Positions 28,661 through 38,692 of a stretch of 64,000 nucleotides of DNA are shown piece after piece (the first letter of the stretch is position 1; each line of letters opens with the position of its first letter). Source of the DNA: Spirochaetia bacterium (GTDB lineage Bacteria > Spirochaetota > Spirochaetia > SZUA-6 > Bin103); NCBI GenBank assembly GCA_965203055.1, contig OZ241863.1, positions 2,848,001 to 2,912,000 of the forward strand, read 5' to 3'. The notes under the pieces are model-generated. The model had not been told where the DNA came from and made no database searches. It was given only the letters and a program-made list of their open reading frames with translations. The position numbers and the translations under genes are program-made.

Positions 28661-30007
28661 TCAGGCGGGGAGCACTTCGCGGACCGCCGCGGCGAGGATC
28701 TCGATCATGCGGTCGAGCTGCGCCGCGGTGGTGACCACCGGCGGCGCCAGGCAGAACACGTCGCCGCGCACGCGGCTGAACAGGCCCCGCCGCCGGGCGG
28801 CGGCATGCACCTGCGGCCCGACGTTGTCACCGGCCGGGAACTCGGTTTTGGCAGCCTTGTCCCGCACCAGCTCGACGGCGCACATCAGGCCCTTGCCGCG
28901 CACCTCGCCGACGTTGGGATGGCCGGCCAGGGCACTCCGCAGACCGGCCAGCAGGTGCGCCCCCTTGGCCGCGGCCTGCGCCGGAAAGTCCTCGTCCAGG
29001 ATGATGTCGATGGTGCGCAACGCCACCGCGCAGCCCACCGGATGGGCGCTGTAGGTGTAGGCGTGCATCCAGGGAGTGGGGGCGGCGTCGAGCTCCTCGG
29101 CGATGCGGTCGCTCACGCCGACGCCGCCGAGCGGGAAGTAGCCGGAGGTCACCGCCTTGGCGAACAGCATCACGTCCGGCTCCACGCCCCAGTGGTCGAG
29201 GGCGAACAGCTTGCCGGTGCGGCCGAAGCCGGTGATCACCTCGTCGGCCACCAGCAGCACCTCGTGGCGGTCGCAGATCTCGCGGATGCGGGGAAAGTAG
29301 TCGTCCTGCGGCGGGATCACGCCGCCGGCGCCCTGCACCGGCTCCGCCAGGAACATGGCCACGGTGTCGGCGCCCTCCCGCTGAATGGCGCGCTCCAGTT
29401 CGTCGGCCGCGGCGAGGCCCTGGCTGACTCCGCGCGGAGCCTCGTAGCGGTAGGGATAGGGCGACGGGATCTGCAGGAAGCCGGGCACGCGCGGTTCGAA
29501 GGCGGGCCAGTACGCGGCGATGCCGGTCGCGCTCATCGCCGCCAGGGTCACTCCGTGGTAGCCCCACTGGCGAGAGATCACCTTGGTCTTGCGCGGCTTG
29601 CCGCGCAGCTTCCAGTAGGAGCGGGCCAGCTTGAAGGAGGTCTCGCTCGACTCGCCGCCGCCGGAGGTGAAGAAGAAGCGGTTGATGCCGGGGTAGGTCA
29701 GCGCCGCCAGGCGTTCGGCCAACGCGATGGCGCTCGGATTGGAACTGCCGGAGTAGGCGGAGCAGTAGGCCAGGGTGCTCATCTGCTCGGCGGCCGCCTG
29801 CGCCAACTCGCTGCGGCCGTGGCCCGCGACCACGTTCCACAGGCCCGCCAGACCGTCCAGATATTCGTTGCCGTCGGCGTCCGTCAGGACCGCGCCGCGG
29901 CCCTTGACCCACACGTGGCCGCCGGTATGGGCGCTGCGGTCGTGAAGCGGATGGATCAGGTGGCGCCGGTCGCGCTCCAGGAGCTCGGTTCTCGTCGCGT
30001 GCTGCAC
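28661..30007 (-). CDS. Class III PLP aminotransferase (omega-amine/putrescine:pyruvate type)
   Basis: YLDGLAGLW, GYHG, EPVQGAGG, DEVITGFGRTG, FAKAVTSGY.P, YTYSAHP. Confidence 0.92.
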   Translation of the reverse strand: MQHATRTELLERDRRHLIHPLHDRSAHTGGHVWVKGRGAVLTDADGNEYLDGLAGLWNVVAGHGRSELAQAAAEQMSTLAYCSAYSGSSNPSAIALAERLAALTYPGINRFFFTSGGGESSETSFKLARSYWKLRGKPRKTKVISRQWGYHGVTLAAMSATGIAAYWPAFEPRVPGFLQIPSPYPYRYEAPRGVSQGLAAADELERAIQREGADTVAMFLAEPVQGAGGVIPPQDDYFPRIREICDRHEVLLVADEVITGFGRTGKLFALDHWGVEPDVMLFAKAVTSGYFPLGGVGVSDRIAEELDAAPTPWMHAYTYSAHPVGCAVALRTIDIILDEDFPAQAAAKGAHLLAGLRSALAGHPNVGEVRGKGLMCAVELVRDKAAKTEFPAGDNVGPQVHAAARRRGLFSRVRGDVFCLAPPVVTTAAQLDRMIEILAAAVREVLPA

Positions 30008-30149
30008 GCGGCAAGATATAGCTGCGGTGCGCGCATTGGCAAACCTTCCCGCGCCGGCGCCGCCGGTTGCGAGTGGCCCCGCGCCGGTTCGAGCGGCCGA
30101 GAACCGGGTTCGCCGACCGGCGCCGCGCGGGCGCCGAGCCGGCCCGGCG

Positions 30150-31379
30150 TCAGCGTTCCCAGTAGTGCTTCAGCGCTGACAGACCTTCCGCCGCATCGGT
30201 CTCGTCGATGCCGGAATAGGCGAAGCGGACGTAGACCCGTTCCTCGCCCGGCAGCGCGCGTCCGAAGTGGGTACGGGTGCAGAACGAGACCCCGGTCTCG
30301 TGCATGGTGGTGACGCGAAACGCCCGCGCGTCCGCGGCGGTGCGCGCGTACCCCAGGCGCCGGTACACGTCGGTCACGTCGGCGAACAGGTAGAAGGTGG
30401 CGTCCGAGGCCGGCGCCGCCACGCCGTCGATCGCGTTCAGGCGATCTACGATCAGGTCGCGCCGCGCCTGCAGCGTCGCCACGATGTTCTCGGCGCCGCT
30501 CTGGTCGCCGCGCAACGCCTCCACTCCCGCCATCTGCACGAAGTGATTGGTGCACGATTCGTCGTTGGAGTTGATTCTGGTGATGATGTCCACCACTTCG
30601 GGGGGGCCGACCGCGGCTCCCAGCCGCCAGCCGGTCATGGCGTACTTCTTGGAGAAGGTATAGCCGATCACGGTGCGTTCGCGCATGCCGTCGTACGCCA
30701 CGATGGTGGGACTGCGCCCCGCATAGCGGATGTCGATGTAGGGGTCGTCGGACAGCACCCACAGGTCGCGCTCCCGCGCCAGGTCGGCGAGCCACTTCAA
30801 CTCGGTTTCGCTGGCGTCGGCGCCGGTGGGGTTGTGCTGGGCATTGACGATCAGCACCCGGGTGGTGTCGTCGACGGCGCGCAGGACCGAGTCGCGGTCG
30901 ATGCGAAAGCGCCCGCCCTCCACGTGGTAGGTGTAGGGCTGCCCGCGGCCGCCGAGGAAATCGACCTGCGACTCGTAGATCGGGTAGCCGGGATTGGGGT
31001 AGAGCACGCCGTCGCCCAGCTCCATTACCGCCAGCAGAAACTTGCCGATGCACGGCTTGCCGCCGGGTTGCACCGATACGTTGGCGGCGCCGTATTCCAC
31101 GCCGCGCTGCTCGCTGAGGGTGGCCGCCAGGGCCTCGCGGAGCTGGGGAATGCCGGCGGCCGGCGAGTAGATGGTGCGCCCTTCGACCATCGCGGTATAC
31201 GCCGCGCGGATGATGTTCAGCGGCGTGCGAATGTTCATGTCGCCCAGATGAAAGGGGTAGACGCGGTGTCCCTGCGCGGCCCAACCGGCGGCGTCTCCCG
31301 ATACGGCGAAGGCGGTCTCGGTGCCGAGGCGGGAGATGCGCCGCGCGATCCGGGGACGGGGGCGGAACCTCGTTGCCAT
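30150..31379 (-). CDS. Class I/II PLP aminotransferase (aspartate aminotransferase-like)
   Basis: HNPTG, SDDPY, FSKKYAMTGWRLG. Confidence 0.92.
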   Translation of the reverse strand: MATRFRPRPRIARRISRLGTETAFAVSGDAAGWAAQGHRVYPFHLGDMNIRTPLNIIRAAYTAMVEGRTIYSPAAGIPQLREALAATLSEQRGVEYGAANVSVQPGGKPCIGKFLLAVMELGDGVLYPNPGYPIYESQVDFLGGRGQPYTYHVEGGRFRIDRDSVLRAVDDTTRVLIVNAQHNPTGADASETELKWLADLARERDLWVLSDDPYIDIRYAGRSPTIVAYDGMRERTVIGYTFSKKYAMTGWRLGAAVGPPEVVDIITRINSNDESCTNHFVQMAGVEALRGDQSGAENIVATLQARRDLIVDRLNAIDGVAAPASDATFYLFADVTDVYRRLGYARTAADARAFRVTTMHETGVSFCTRTHFGRALPGEERVYVRFAYSGIDETDAAEGLSALKHYWER

Positions 31380-31385
31380 GCGCGG

Positions 31386-33977
31386 CTAGGCGGGAGGGCC
31401 GCCGGCCGCCAGGGCGGCAAGCAGCTCGCGTTGCCGTTGCAGGCGCTGCGCGCGTTCGGCGGCGAACCGTTCGATCCCGGCCACGATCGAGTCGGCGTCC
31501 AGGTGCGCCTCGGCGATCACGTCGGCCTCGGTCCCCCCGGTGAGCCAGCGCTGGTGCCAGTCCGAGGTCAGCGAGTACTCGCCGGCGGCCGGCCCGGCGC
31601 CGCGCCACGGCCACACCCGCTGCGTGCCGGTACTTACCACCATCAGATCCGCCGCCGCTTCCGGCGGCAGCACGGCGTTGCGGTAGGCGGCGGGCTGGCG
31701 GTCGAACAACTCCTCGCTGACCGCCGCGACCACCTTGACGTTGATCCCCATCCGCTCCAGCCGCGGCAGCGCCTGCACCAGGTTGAAGGTCGAGCTCGAT
31801 CCCTGCACCACCACGTAGCCGTGCCGCGGGCGGCCGGCGGCGTAGTCGCGAATCACGTAGAACCCCTTGGCCGCGGCGGTAAGGCTCTGGTCCGCGAACC
31901 TGCTGCGGTCCGCCACCGGGAAGTCGGGCCGCGCCACCTCGATGACGATTACCCCTACCTCCGCTTCGCGGGCGGCGATCTCGGCGGCGGCGAAGTAGCC
32001 GGGGGCGACGTCGTTGTAGTCCCAGAAGCTCAGCGCGATCACCTGGCCGCGGGGAAACAGGCGCCATACCTGCGGGGCGAAGATGCCGAAGTGGGTGCGC
32101 GCGTCGGCGGCCGTCTCCGGGCCGGAGTGGCCGGCCAGGATGTTCAGCACGCCGAGGCGGAACGGACTGTCCTGGTTCTGCTGGCTCCACACCCGCGCCG
32201 GCAGGTACATCAGCGGAGTGAAGGCGCCGTAGCTGCCGCTCAGCGCCCAGACGCCGTCGTGCACCTCGGGATCGGGGGAGGCGCTCTGGCTCACCAGGCC
32301 GATGGCGGTCAAGGTGTTGCCGGCCTCCTGGATCGCGGCCTTGAAGCGGGTCCCGGCGGGGTTGGCCACGGGATCGTAGTGACCGGTCAGCGAGCCGCTC
32401 TCGACGTTGATCGAACCGGAAAGGTCCGCCGCCACGGTGATGAAGCGATTGCCGGTGACGTAGTTGATCCACTTGACCACCTCGGAGATGGCGCGTCGGG
32501 TGCCGGCGACCTCGCCCGGCTGCTTGAACAGGGTTACCTGCGCCTGCGAGCGCTCGCCGCTGGTGGGGTGGGTCAGCTCCAGGGTGCGCGGCTCCGCGGG
32601 CAGCTCGGCAACGCGCAGCCGCGGGTCCCGGAACGGGTCGCCGCCGGCGCCGCCGCCGGCGCCGAGCCGCAACGGGAGCTCGGCGGGCACGGTGCCGGCA
32701 ATGGCCAGCAACCGGTCGGCGAGCCAGGCGCCGAGGCCGTCCTGCTCCAGCACCGACATCACGACGTCGACGTTGGTCTTGAACTGGATCAGGCGCTCGC
32801 GCGGGTCCTCCACCGCGCCGTCGCGAATGCCGGCGAAGGTCACCCCGAAGCGCTGTTCGAAGGTGCGCGCCAGGGCCACGAAGTAGGGCACGTTCATCTT
32901 CATGTCGTAGGGGTGGCTGTGGTAGCTGACGAGCTGCTCCCCGAACCCCGCGATGGTGCCGTTGGCCGCCGCCGGCCACCAGCCTTTGGTAGTGCGCCCG
33001 ACCACGATCATCGGGCGCCGGTCGGCGGGGTCCCAGTGTTCCATGGCGTGCAGCGCGGCGAGGACCGCGGCGTAATTGTTGCCGTCCGCCAGTGAGAACA
33101 CGTTCCAGCCGTACGAGGCCCACTGCTCCTCGATGGCGTAGGCATCCAGCCCGGCGGGCACCACGCCGCCCTGCAGCCGGTCGTCGATGCCGGCGTTGTT
33201 GTACGACAGCAGGATGCGCAGGCGCTTGCCCACCTGCTGGGCGACCGCCTGGGTCTTGAGCTCCTGGGCATGGCCGGCGGTCATGGCGAATTCGCCCTCC
33301 AGGGCCATCACCTTCAGCGCCGGCGGGGCGCCGGCGAAGTCCCAGAACGCGGCCTTGCCGGCGGAGGTGCCGATGCCGATGCCGGAGGGGCCGCCGTTGA
33401 CGTCGTTGGTAAGGTCGGTGGTCTCGGAGTGGCCGGCGAGGGAGCGGATGCCGCGCAGGCGGGCCTGGGCGAAGCGCGGGTCGTCGGTCAGCCCGTGGTC
33501 GGCCAGCAGGGTGGCCAGCGCGCCGGCGCCGCGGCGGAAGCCGAGGCAGTCGATCGGCAGCAGGGCCACTGCGGGGTCTGCGTAATAACGGTCGTCTCCG
33601 GTGGCGGCGTGGCGCCGGGCGAGCGCTTCGCCCATGATCATCCACAGCGCGTAGGCGGTGGGGATGTTGTGGCCCCCGGCCAGCAGGAAGCGGTCGCCAT
33701 AGGGATGCTTGGGGCGCCGGTAGTCGTAGCGCAGGCCGCCGGCCTCGGGGCCGGCCAGGTGCAGGGCGACGTTGTAGGGGGTGTAGGCGAGGGGGCCCCC
33801 GAAGTGGCCGGTCTGGGCGTAGTTTCCCAGCAGGGTGAGCGTCATGGCGGTCATGAAGCCGACCTGCTCGAAGCGCTCCGCGTCGTAGGCCGGAATCGGC
33901 ACCTCGCGTTCGGCGGGTGCGTGCGGCGCCTCCCGCGGGCGAATTCCGACCGTCAGGGTTCCGTTCGATCCTGGCAT
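31386..33977 (-). CDS. Transketolase-like TPP enzyme (long, atypical)
   Basis: GHFGGPL, DRFLLAGGH, GHSE, TTKG, AADLSGS, IQEA, HSGPETAADARTH. Confidence 0.8.
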   Translation of the reverse strand: MPGSNGTLTVGIRPREAPHAPAEREVPIPAYDAERFEQVGFMTAMTLTLLGNYAQTGHFGGPLAYTPYNVALHLAGPEAGGLRYDYRRPKHPYGDRFLLAGGHNIPTAYALWMIMGEALARRHAATGDDRYYADPAVALLPIDCLGFRRGAGALATLLADHGLTDDPRFAQARLRGIRSLAGHSETTDLTNDVNGGPSGIGIGTSAGKAAFWDFAGAPPALKVMALEGEFAMTAGHAQELKTQAVAQQVGKRLRILLSYNNAGIDDRLQGGVVPAGLDAYAIEEQWASYGWNVFSLADGNNYAAVLAALHAMEHWDPADRRPMIVVGRTTKGWWPAAANGTIAGFGEQLVSYHSHPYDMKMNVPYFVALARTFEQRFGVTFAGIRDGAVEDPRERLIQFKTNVDVVMSVLEQDGLGAWLADRLLAIAGTVPAELPLRLGAGGGAGGDPFRDPRLRVAELPAEPRTLELTHPTSGERSQAQVTLFKQPGEVAGTRRAISEVVKWINYVTGNRFITVAADLSGSINVESGSLTGHYDPVANPAGTRFKAAIQEAGNTLTAIGLVSQSASPDPEVHDGVWALSGSYGAFTPLMYLPARVWSQQNQDSPFRLGVLNILAGHSGPETAADARTHFGIFAPQVWRLFPRGQVIALSFWDYNDVAPGYFAAAEIAAREAEVGVIVIEVARPDFPVADRSRFADQSLTAAAKGFYVIRDYAAGRPRHGYVVVQGSSSTFNLVQALPRLERMGINVKVVAAVSEELFDRQPAAYRNAVLPPEAAADLMVVSTGTQRVWPWRGAGPAAGEYSLTSDWHQRWLTGGTEADVIAEAHLDADSIVAGIERFAAERAQRLQRQRELLAALAAGGPPA

Positions 33978-34078
33978 GGCTGCGTACTCCTGAACATGGT
34001 TCTTGCAGCAGCTCCCCGGTGCGGGGTGGGCCGTCCACCACGGTGAGCGCTGGAACGGGAACCGCAGACTGCGCCTGC

Positions 34079-34107
34079 ACTATAGGAGCTTGGCGGGTTA
34101 CCGGCAA
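34079..34107 (-). promoter_or_regulatory. Sigma70-like promoter of the transketolase-like gene
   Basis: Minus strand TTGCCG, 17 nt, TATAGT. Confidence 0.6.
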
Positions 34108-34145
34108 GGGGACCGCAGGAGGGATCGGCGTTCGGCCACTCGCTT

Positions 34146-35126
34146 TCAGGGCATCTGAGCGCCGGTGGTTTCCAGGTAGACGGCATACAGCGACTGGCTG
34201 GCCGCCATGAACAGGCGGTTCTTCCTGCGCCCGCCGAAGCAGAGGTTGGCGCACGGTTCCGGCAGCAGGATCTGACCGAGCAGCTCGCCCGCCGGGGAGA
34301 AGCAGTGCACCCCGTCGTAGCCGGCGCCGGCCCAGCCCGCGGCCGCCCACAGGTTGCCGCGCACGTCGCAGCGCACGCCGTCGGAACCGCCCGGCTGCAT
34401 GTCGGCGAACACCCGCTGCCCCAGCGCCCGCTCGCCCGCCACGTCATAGGCGTAGATCACGCGCGGGCAATCGGCGTGGTGGGAGGCTCCCGTTTCCACC
34501 ACGTAGAGGCGCCGGTAGTCGGGCGAGAAGCAGATGCCGTTGGGCATCACCACGTCGGCCACCGCCACCTCCGCCCGGCCGGTGTCCGGGTCGAGGCGGT
34601 ACACGCGGGCGGGCAGCTCGTGTTCGGCCCAATGTCCTTCGTACTGAAACAGCGTGCCGTAGCCGGGATCGGTGAACCAGATCGAGCCGTCCGGATGGGT
34701 GCACAGGTCATTGGGTCCGTTGAGCGGCTTGCCGGCGAAGCGGTCGAGCAGCACGCTGACGCTGCCGTCGTGCTCGGTGCGGGTGACGCGGCGCGAGTCG
34801 TGCTCGCAGGACAGCAGCCGGCCCTGGGCGTCGCGAAAGTTGCCGTTGGTATTGTTGGCGGGGCGGCGGAACTCGCTGACGGCGCCCTCGGCGGCGGCGA
34901 AGCGCAAGATCCGGTTGTTGGGAATGTCGCTGAACAACAGGCAGTCGTGATCGCCGAACCAGACCGGCCCTTCGGCCCAGCGGGCGCCGGTGTAGAGGCG
35001 CTCGACCGCGGTGTTGTTCAGCTTGAAGGCGGCGAAGCGCGGGTCATGCACTACAATCGCCGGGTCGGGATAGGGCCCCGGAGCGCTCCAGTCGCGCCCG
35101 GCAATGAGAGACTCGGTAGCGGCCAT
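34146..35126 (-). CDS. SMP-30/gluconolactonase/LRE family protein
   Basis: WAEGPVW, FSDIPNN, NGPND, PNGICFSPD, DGVRCD..GN, NLCFGG. Confidence 0.92.
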   Translation of the reverse strand: MAATESLIAGRDWSAPGPYPDPAIVVHDPRFAAFKLNNTAVERLYTGARWAEGPVWFGDHDCLLFSDIPNNRILRFAAAEGAVSEFRRPANNTNGNFRDAQGRLLSCEHDSRRVTRTEHDGSVSVLLDRFAGKPLNGPNDLCTHPDGSIWFTDPGYGTLFQYEGHWAEHELPARVYRLDPDTGRAEVAVADVVMPNGICFSPDYRRLYVVETGASHHADCPRVIYAYDVAGERALGQRVFADMQPGGSDGVRCDVRGNLWAAAGWAGAGYDGVHCFSPAGELLGQILLPEPCANLCFGGRRKNRLFMAASQSLYAVYLETTGAQMP

Positions 35127-35165
35127 GGCCGAAAGCATAGCACACCCGCGCCGGCCGGCAGGCGG

Positions 35166-36755
35166 TTACATCCCCCACACCGTGATCGGGGCGCCGCCGG
35201 CGGCGGGCTCGCGGCGGAACAGCTTCTGCTCCCACGGCTTGTCCGCGCTGCGGTCGAAGATCACGAGGTGCCCTTCGCCGGCGCCGCAGCGGTCCAGGTA
35301 GGCGCGGGTCTGGGTAAGCCCTTCTTGGATGGTCCGCTCCAGGCTGCGGTGCAGCAGCTTGCACTCGATCACCATCCGGCGGGCGCGTCCGGGCGGCGCT
35401 GCGGCCGGCCAGACGATCAGCAGGTCGGTGCGCATCCTGCCCAGGCCGTACTCGCGTTCGATGCGCCCGCCGCTGTTGACGATGCGCTGCAGGAACGCCT
35501 GCAACAGCAACTGCGGGCCGGCTTCGCGGTACTGAAACCGCTCGATCCAGTGTTCGGAGTGTTCGCGAAAGAACTCCCGGAACGCGGCCAGCAAGTCGGT
35601 CAGCCGCAGGTTGCCCGCCGCGTCCACGTACCAGGCCGGGTCGTGAGTCAGCGTCTCCTGCGTGACCCAGGTGAGATCGCGCGGGATCACCTCGCGGTAG
35701 ATCGGGTTGGCGATGCGCACCGGCGCGTCTCGCGCCGCCAGGCCCAGGTCGCGCACGTACTGCAGGTCGTCCGGGCGCAGCTCGGTGGTAGCCTGTCCGC
35801 TCAGCAGCGGGGCGATCACCCGGTGCACGCGCTCTTCCTGCAGTTTGTCGGCAAGCTGGTCCAGGTGAGTGTCGCGGCGCAGGATGAGCTGCTCGCGCGC
35901 GGCGTGGATGGCGTCCGCGGTGAGCGGGCGGCTGCGGTCGCGGCCGGCGGGGTCGCCGTCGCACGCTTGGCGGGCCAAGGCGTTCACCAGCCACGGCTGG
36001 CCGGCGGTCAGCTCGCAGACCGTCTCCAGGGCGTCGTCGGTCCACGGCTGGCCGGTCTCCGCGGTGTGCTGGCCGAGCAAGGCGCGCACTTCGGTTGCCG
36101 AGAAGTCGCCCAACCGCAGCGACTCGGCCTTGATGTTGAAGGCGCTGCCGCCGGTGACGATGGCGTTCTCCTTGGCAGAACGGATGCGATAGTCGCGCAC
36201 GTCGCGCACCCCGCACAGGATCACGCTCTGCGGGAACCCCTCCGGCCGTTCGTCATACCGGGCGCGAAGCTGGCGCAGCACCGACAGCAGCGTGTCGCCG
36301 ACCAGCGCGTCGATTTCGTCGATCAGCAGCACCAGCGGCGTGGGATCCGCCTCCGCCCAGCGCGCGAGCACCTCCTGCAGCGCACCGTCGGGGCCGAAGG
36401 TGTCCAGTACGCCCGGCCAGATGCCGGCCAGCGATTCGTCGCCCAGGGCGGTGCGCGCCCGGCGCGCCAGTTCGCCGAGTATGGCGCGCATCGCCCGCTC
36501 CACGTTCTCACGCGACGCCTGGCCCGCTTCGACGTTTACGTAGACGCAACGCCAGGCGCCCTCGGCCCCGCCGTTCAGCAGGTCGCGCAGCGCCAGCAGG
36601 GCCGAAGTCTTGCCGGTCTGGCGCGGCGCGTGCAATACGAAGTAGCGCTTCTGCCGAATGAGGGTGAGCAGTTCGCGCTGATTCATCCGGCTCAACGGCG
36701 GAATGCAGTAGTTGTCCTCCGGCCGCATCGGCCCGGCGGTGTTGAAGAAACGCAT
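35166..36755 (-). CDS. AAA-like ATPase with C-terminal PD-(D/E)XK-like domain, copy A
   Basis: MRFFNTAGP, HAPRQTGKTS, LLIDEID, REYGLGRMRTDL...IECK; 1590 nt from ATG 36755. Confidence 0.88.
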   Translation of the reverse strand: MRFFNTAGPMRPEDNYCIPPLSRMNQRELLTLIRQKRYFVLHAPRQTGKTSALLALRDLLNGGAEGAWRCVYVNVEAGQASRENVERAMRAILGELARRARTALGDESLAGIWPGVLDTFGPDGALQEVLARWAEADPTPLVLLIDEIDALVGDTLLSVLRQLRARYDERPEGFPQSVILCGVRDVRDYRIRSAKENAIVTGGSAFNIKAESLRLGDFSATEVRALLGQHTAETGQPWTDDALETVCELTAGQPWLVNALARQACDGDPAGRDRSRPLTADAIHAAREQLILRRDTHLDQLADKLQEERVHRVIAPLLSGQATTELRPDDLQYVRDLGLAARDAPVRIANPIYREVIPRDLTWVTQETLTHDPAWYVDAAGNLRLTDLLAAFREFFREHSEHWIERFQYREAGPQLLLQAFLQRIVNSGGRIEREYGLGRMRTDLLIVWPAAAPPGRARRMVIECKLLHRSLERTIQEGLTQTRAYLDRCGAGEGHLVIFDRSADKPWEQKLFRREPAAGGAPITVWGM

Positions 36756-36806
36756 CGTATCTTCAGTATCGCACACTCCGCGCCGCGCGCGGAATAACGG
36801 CATGAC

Positions 36807-36836
36807 TTGACACATCCTCCTGCGCGGTCTCATGCT
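36807..36836 (+). promoter_or_regulatory. Putative promoter of the inverted cassette
   Basis: TTGACA (36807), 18 nt, CATGCT; ATG at 36859. Confidence 0.45.
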
Positions 36837-36858
36837 CTGCCAGTCGTTTGCTTGTGAG

Positions 36859-37284
36859 ATGAGACGCTCAGCGCAGAAACATGTACGTAAGCCGCTGACT
36901 CCCAAACAGCGGCAGGCATTGGCAGCTAATGCCCAATACACGGGTAGCGCAGAGCATAAGGATCGGCGCTGGTGGGGAGGATTGCCGAGGGGACGGCAAC
37001 TTCCCGGTGGAAGGGCAGGTCGAGCCGGCAAACAGAAGACGACCATCTGTCCACTGACAGGGGATCGTGATCGTGAACGGGCGACGGAGTGGGTCAGAGA
37101 GGCAATCAAGCAAGGGAACTACCGGTTCGTTCAGACCGACCAGAAGTTCCCCAAGAAGATATGGTACCGGGATGATTCCGGTCAATATTGGTTTGGATAC
37201 TGTACCAACACGGCTTCCGGAGAGTACAAAGGATGGCCGATAGACGAGAGTGAACACGATGAGATTTTCGGTCGAGTGGATTGA
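36859..37284 (+). CDS. Small basic hypothetical protein, putative toxin/nuclease
   Basis: YTGSAEHK...FPKKIWY...GEYKGWP; A/T-richer; overlaps the next gene by 26 nt. Confidence 0.6.
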   Translation: MRRSAQKHVRKPLTPKQRQALAANAQYTGSAEHKDRRWWGGLPRGRQLPGGRAGRAGKQKTTICPLTGDRDRERATEWVREAIKQGNYRFVQTDQKFPKKIWYRDDSGQYWFGYCTNTASGEYKGWPIDESEHDEIFGRVD

Positions 37285-38692
37285 CGGTGGGATGAATCGC
37301 GCGGCGGAGGAGCGCGCGACGCTCTGCAAGCTCGGAATATACATCCAAGGCCAGAACGCCTGCCGTTTCATCGATTACGTTTCCAACGAAGAGACGGAAT
37401 CTCTTGTCGTTCCCGCGGTTCACCTTGCCGAAGGGCTCGCGACCGACTGGTGGATCATATTTGGTGGCCGCGACCGCGATCACGGAATACGACGTTATCG
37501 AACCGGATTCGCACTACCCGATTTGCGTTTCAGGAACGATGGCTCGACGTTCGAGGTGACGGGCAAGGACTTCCACAGTGATAATCCGCACCTTGATTTT
37601 CGGTCCGACGGGGCGGAGACGCTGCCGCGCAGCGCAGCGGAATCAGAACTGTCTCGCTTCATACAGGAAGTGGTAGACCGACTCGCCGGCGAGGGGGTCA
37701 GGAATAGCGAAGTTGCCGTGTGTTGGTCTCGCGTCGGGGAGTCGCGCAACGATCCGGACGAACAGCCGTTCTGCGAAGCGGCCGGCGCGTTGGGGTTGGA
37801 CCCGTATGCGATTTCGGACGATGACGCATGCTTCATCGAACAGGCCAATGACATCTTCTCGGAAGAGTCGCTGATCGAGTTTCTGGCGGGTATCAGGAAG
37901 GCGGAACGGTCAGCATCAGTCCTGGAGCGTGTGCGCCAGATGGAATCGCGACCGGCGGAGGCGGTGAGATTGCCGGAACTTGGCGATGTCGCTATCCAAG
38001 TCGAAGGCTTGACGGGACATGCACAGGTTGATAGGCCGTGGACAGCGGGGTACCGCGCGGCCCGGGCCTGCCGCCAGGCATTGAATCTCCGATCGGACTA
38101 CCGGTTTCCATCCTATATGACACTTGCAAGGAAGCTGGGAGCCGCGCAGTTCGAGCCCGCCCAACTCTTCGACGGCGTTCGGGCTCTGGTGTCCTGCCCT
38201 GACGGAGACATCAGGGTCCATCTTCACGATCATGGTCGAGACCGCAGGCCGGCGGATATCGCCGAGTGGTCGAACAACTTCGCATTCGCGCGGGCGGTCG
38301 GTGATGCGGTGTGCTTTCGCAATACGCCGCGGTCGGTGGTAAACGACCTTCACCGCGCAGAACGCCAAGCCACCGGGCGGGCTTTTGCTGCAGAATTTCT
38401 TGCGCCCGTCGAGAGCGTTGTCGAGATGCTGGATGATGACCGCGGAGAAAAGGAAATCGCAGATGAATTCAGCGTGTCATCGTCCGTGATCAAAAATCAG
38501 ATTCGCAATCGGGCCAACATCGAAGCCTACGGCAAGCTGCGAGCGGCTCGACCGGATGACGCGATTACGGCCGCGGAACTGCTGAGTCGGTTCGAACGCG
38601 GTCCGGCGCCGTTTACCGCCGCCGAACTCAAAGCAATCGATCGTTCCAAGGCGGAGCAACGGGCGCCGGAAGACAAGTGGAACGATCGCTGA
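37259..38692 (+). CDS. ImmA/IrrE-like protein with degenerate metallopeptidase motif and large N-terminal domain
   Basis: FAFARAVGD at the HExxH position, RQATGRAFAAEFLAP, C-terminal HTH IADEFSVSSSVIKNQIRN, plus an apparently foreign tail. Confidence 0.7.
   Translation: MRFSVEWIDGGMNRAAEERATLCKLGIYIQGQNACRFIDYVSNEETESLVVPAVHLAEGLATDWWIIFGGRDRDHGIRRYRTGFALPDLRFRNDGSTFEVTGKDFHSDNPHLDFRSDGAETLPRSAAESELSRFIQEVVDRLAGEGVRNSEVAVCWSRVGESRNDPDEQPFCEAAGALGLDPYAISDDDACFIEQANDIFSEESLIEFLAGIRKAERSASVLERVRQMESRPAEAVRLPELGDVAIQVEGLTGHAQVDRPWTAGYRAARACRQALNLRSDYRFPSYMTLARKLGAAQFEPAQLFDGVRALVSCPDGDIRVHLHDHGRDRRPADIAEWSNNFAFARAVGDAVCFRNTPRSVVNDLHRAERQATGRAFAAEFLAPVESVVEMLDDDRGEKEIADEFSVSSSVIKNQIRNRANIEAYGKLRAARPDDAITAAELLSRFERGPAPFTAAELKAIDRSKAEQRAPEDKWNDR

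Noticed and set aside
29956..34350. Very long ORFs in alternative frames (e.g. 1464 aa here, 1198 aa at 25458-29054, 1017 aa at 6333-9386, 886 aa at 54662)
   Set aside because: Arg/Pro/Ala/Gly-rich shadow frames of motif-bearing genes, expected in high-GC DNA. Where a real gene lies inside (GH3, SBP, cupin, propeller) only that part was kept.
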